This document shows, piece after piece, positions 62,762 through 64,000 of a stretch of DNA of 64,000 nucleotides (position 1 is its first letter; each line of letters starts with the position of its first letter). Source of the DNA: Amoebophrya sp. A120 (Eukaryota; Protista; Dinoflagellata); NCBI GenBank assembly GCA_905178155.1, contig CAJINV010000005.1, positions 736,564 to 800,563 on the forward strand, given 5' to 3'. The position numbers and the translations under genes are program-made. The notes beneath the pieces are model-generated. The model saw nothing but the letters and a program-made list of their open reading frames with translations, ran no database searches and was not told the DNA's origin.

Positions 62762-64000
62762 CCGATGCTTTCCATGAACTTGAACACAACAGCTTTAGCT
62801 ATGTACACTAGAGGCACGACAGCAGTGTCACTGGTAATTCTAACTCCTGCAACTCCTGCTCCTTCGTACTACTTCGTGTTATGAAGCCACAAACACAATT
62901 GTTGCTGACAAGAAATGTACATGAATGGGGATGAGCCTGAAATTGTCGGACTTGGGGGAATTTGGTGACACTATGAATGCAGGTTTATCCCGGACCCACT
63001 TCTCCTTCTCACGTCTGCTCCTCCTGCACGTGGATTCGTATATCCAACCTATCGCTAGTCTCCGGAGAACGTCTCAAGAATCATCTCTGACAGTACATAG
63101 AACGACCTGCTGCTTCTTGCGAAAATTGTACGAAAACGAAAACCATAAAAACGAAAAGTCAGAAGGACGAATCAGAAACCAGCGCACACCCACATAAACT
63201 CTATCAACTGAGTCTGAGAATGACTTCCCGCCCGGTACCTAGCATAATAAACACTTGATTAACCCACGCATACGCAATGTCTGTGTGCAGGAACGAATCG
63301 ACTTGGACGACTTCAAGAGCGCTTACCCTTGCCCTTCTTCGCCCGACTATAAAACAAATGTACGTACGCAGCTGCGACTACGACGAACACCCTCTTTGTC
63401 GAGTGAAGAAATGTTGAAACCCCTTTACCTTCTCTTACCGGTGCGGGAAAAAATTATTCCAAATTTCATGTCAGTCCGGACGCTTAAATAAGTACATCAT
63501 GTACAGTTTGCTATGGTGGGTCAGGTCGTGTTTCCTAATATGGGTCCCAAAAAATGATGAACCGCGTTGCTCGTTCATGCTCCGCCCCTGGTGCTTCGCT
63601 TGTAGCATCGCAAATCCAACATGTGGTCTCACTTCGTCCCGTAGCCAATATGTAACATGATCGCTTCTTGTCAAGTGTGTCTAATAAGTAGAGTAAAAGT
63701 CGCTTAATTAAATGGAAATGAAATGATGTCTATTTTTAATTTTTCTTTTACAGTAGAAGGGCCGCGTGTACTAGTGGGGTTTGGGTTGTGTTTGCTACTT
63801 GATGACATTAACCTGTGTGCATTTGGTGTGGTACATTTGCATAATTCTTGCTGGCCTAGGTGGAGTGGCCGTCAAGATTTATTTCTTCATGGGTATAATG
63901 TACTCACAAGTAAAACCGCCCTGAATCTGCTACAGTGTCATGTTGGGGTGTGGCACGAAATTGATACTGGTAACAAAAACTGCTATACGTAAATTAGATT

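Noticed and set aside
10839-62884. Long plus-strand ORFs (e.g. 37613-38473, 39747-40514, 44990-45715, 62039-62884)
   Set aside because: Antisense shadows of GC-rich minus-strand genes, with no motifs of their own
1-64000. Autonomous transposase, reverse transcriptase or maturase for the introners
   Set aside because: No DDE, RT or tyrosine-recombinase motif recognised in any ORF, including those in 48529-49656

Overview
Gene-dense eukaryotic DNA in which every credible gene (about 17) lies on the minus strand. The organisation resembles a syndinian dinoflagellate such as Amoebophrya; that taxon is an inference, not a measurement. The dominant feature is at least 43 short non-autonomous terminal-inverted-repeat (TIR) elements from roughly 8-10 sequence families. 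They share one grammar: a 5-bp target-site duplication (TSD), then TAT..., imperfect TIRs, ...ATA, then the TSD again. Of these, 42 interrupt coding sequence, and deleting the element plus one TSD copy restores the reading frame at every junction I traced. They therefore appear to act as non-GT-AG introns (introners), in either orientation. Removing them rebuilds an IGR-like mitochondrial protein, an FkbM methyltransferase, an aldo-keto reductase, a membrane-anchored thioredoxin, a Hog/Hint autoprocessing protein, a fucosyltransferase-like protein, a ~2850-codon GT92-like giant gene and a small acylated protein. One Zn-finger/RS gene has three introners, while its adjacent paralog has none and confirms two junctions. 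Also present are two nested insertions inside introners, a Mutator/foldback-like element with a 9-bp TSD, and intronless DUF674-SPRY, DUF1295 and nitroreductase genes. All coordinates were read by hand.
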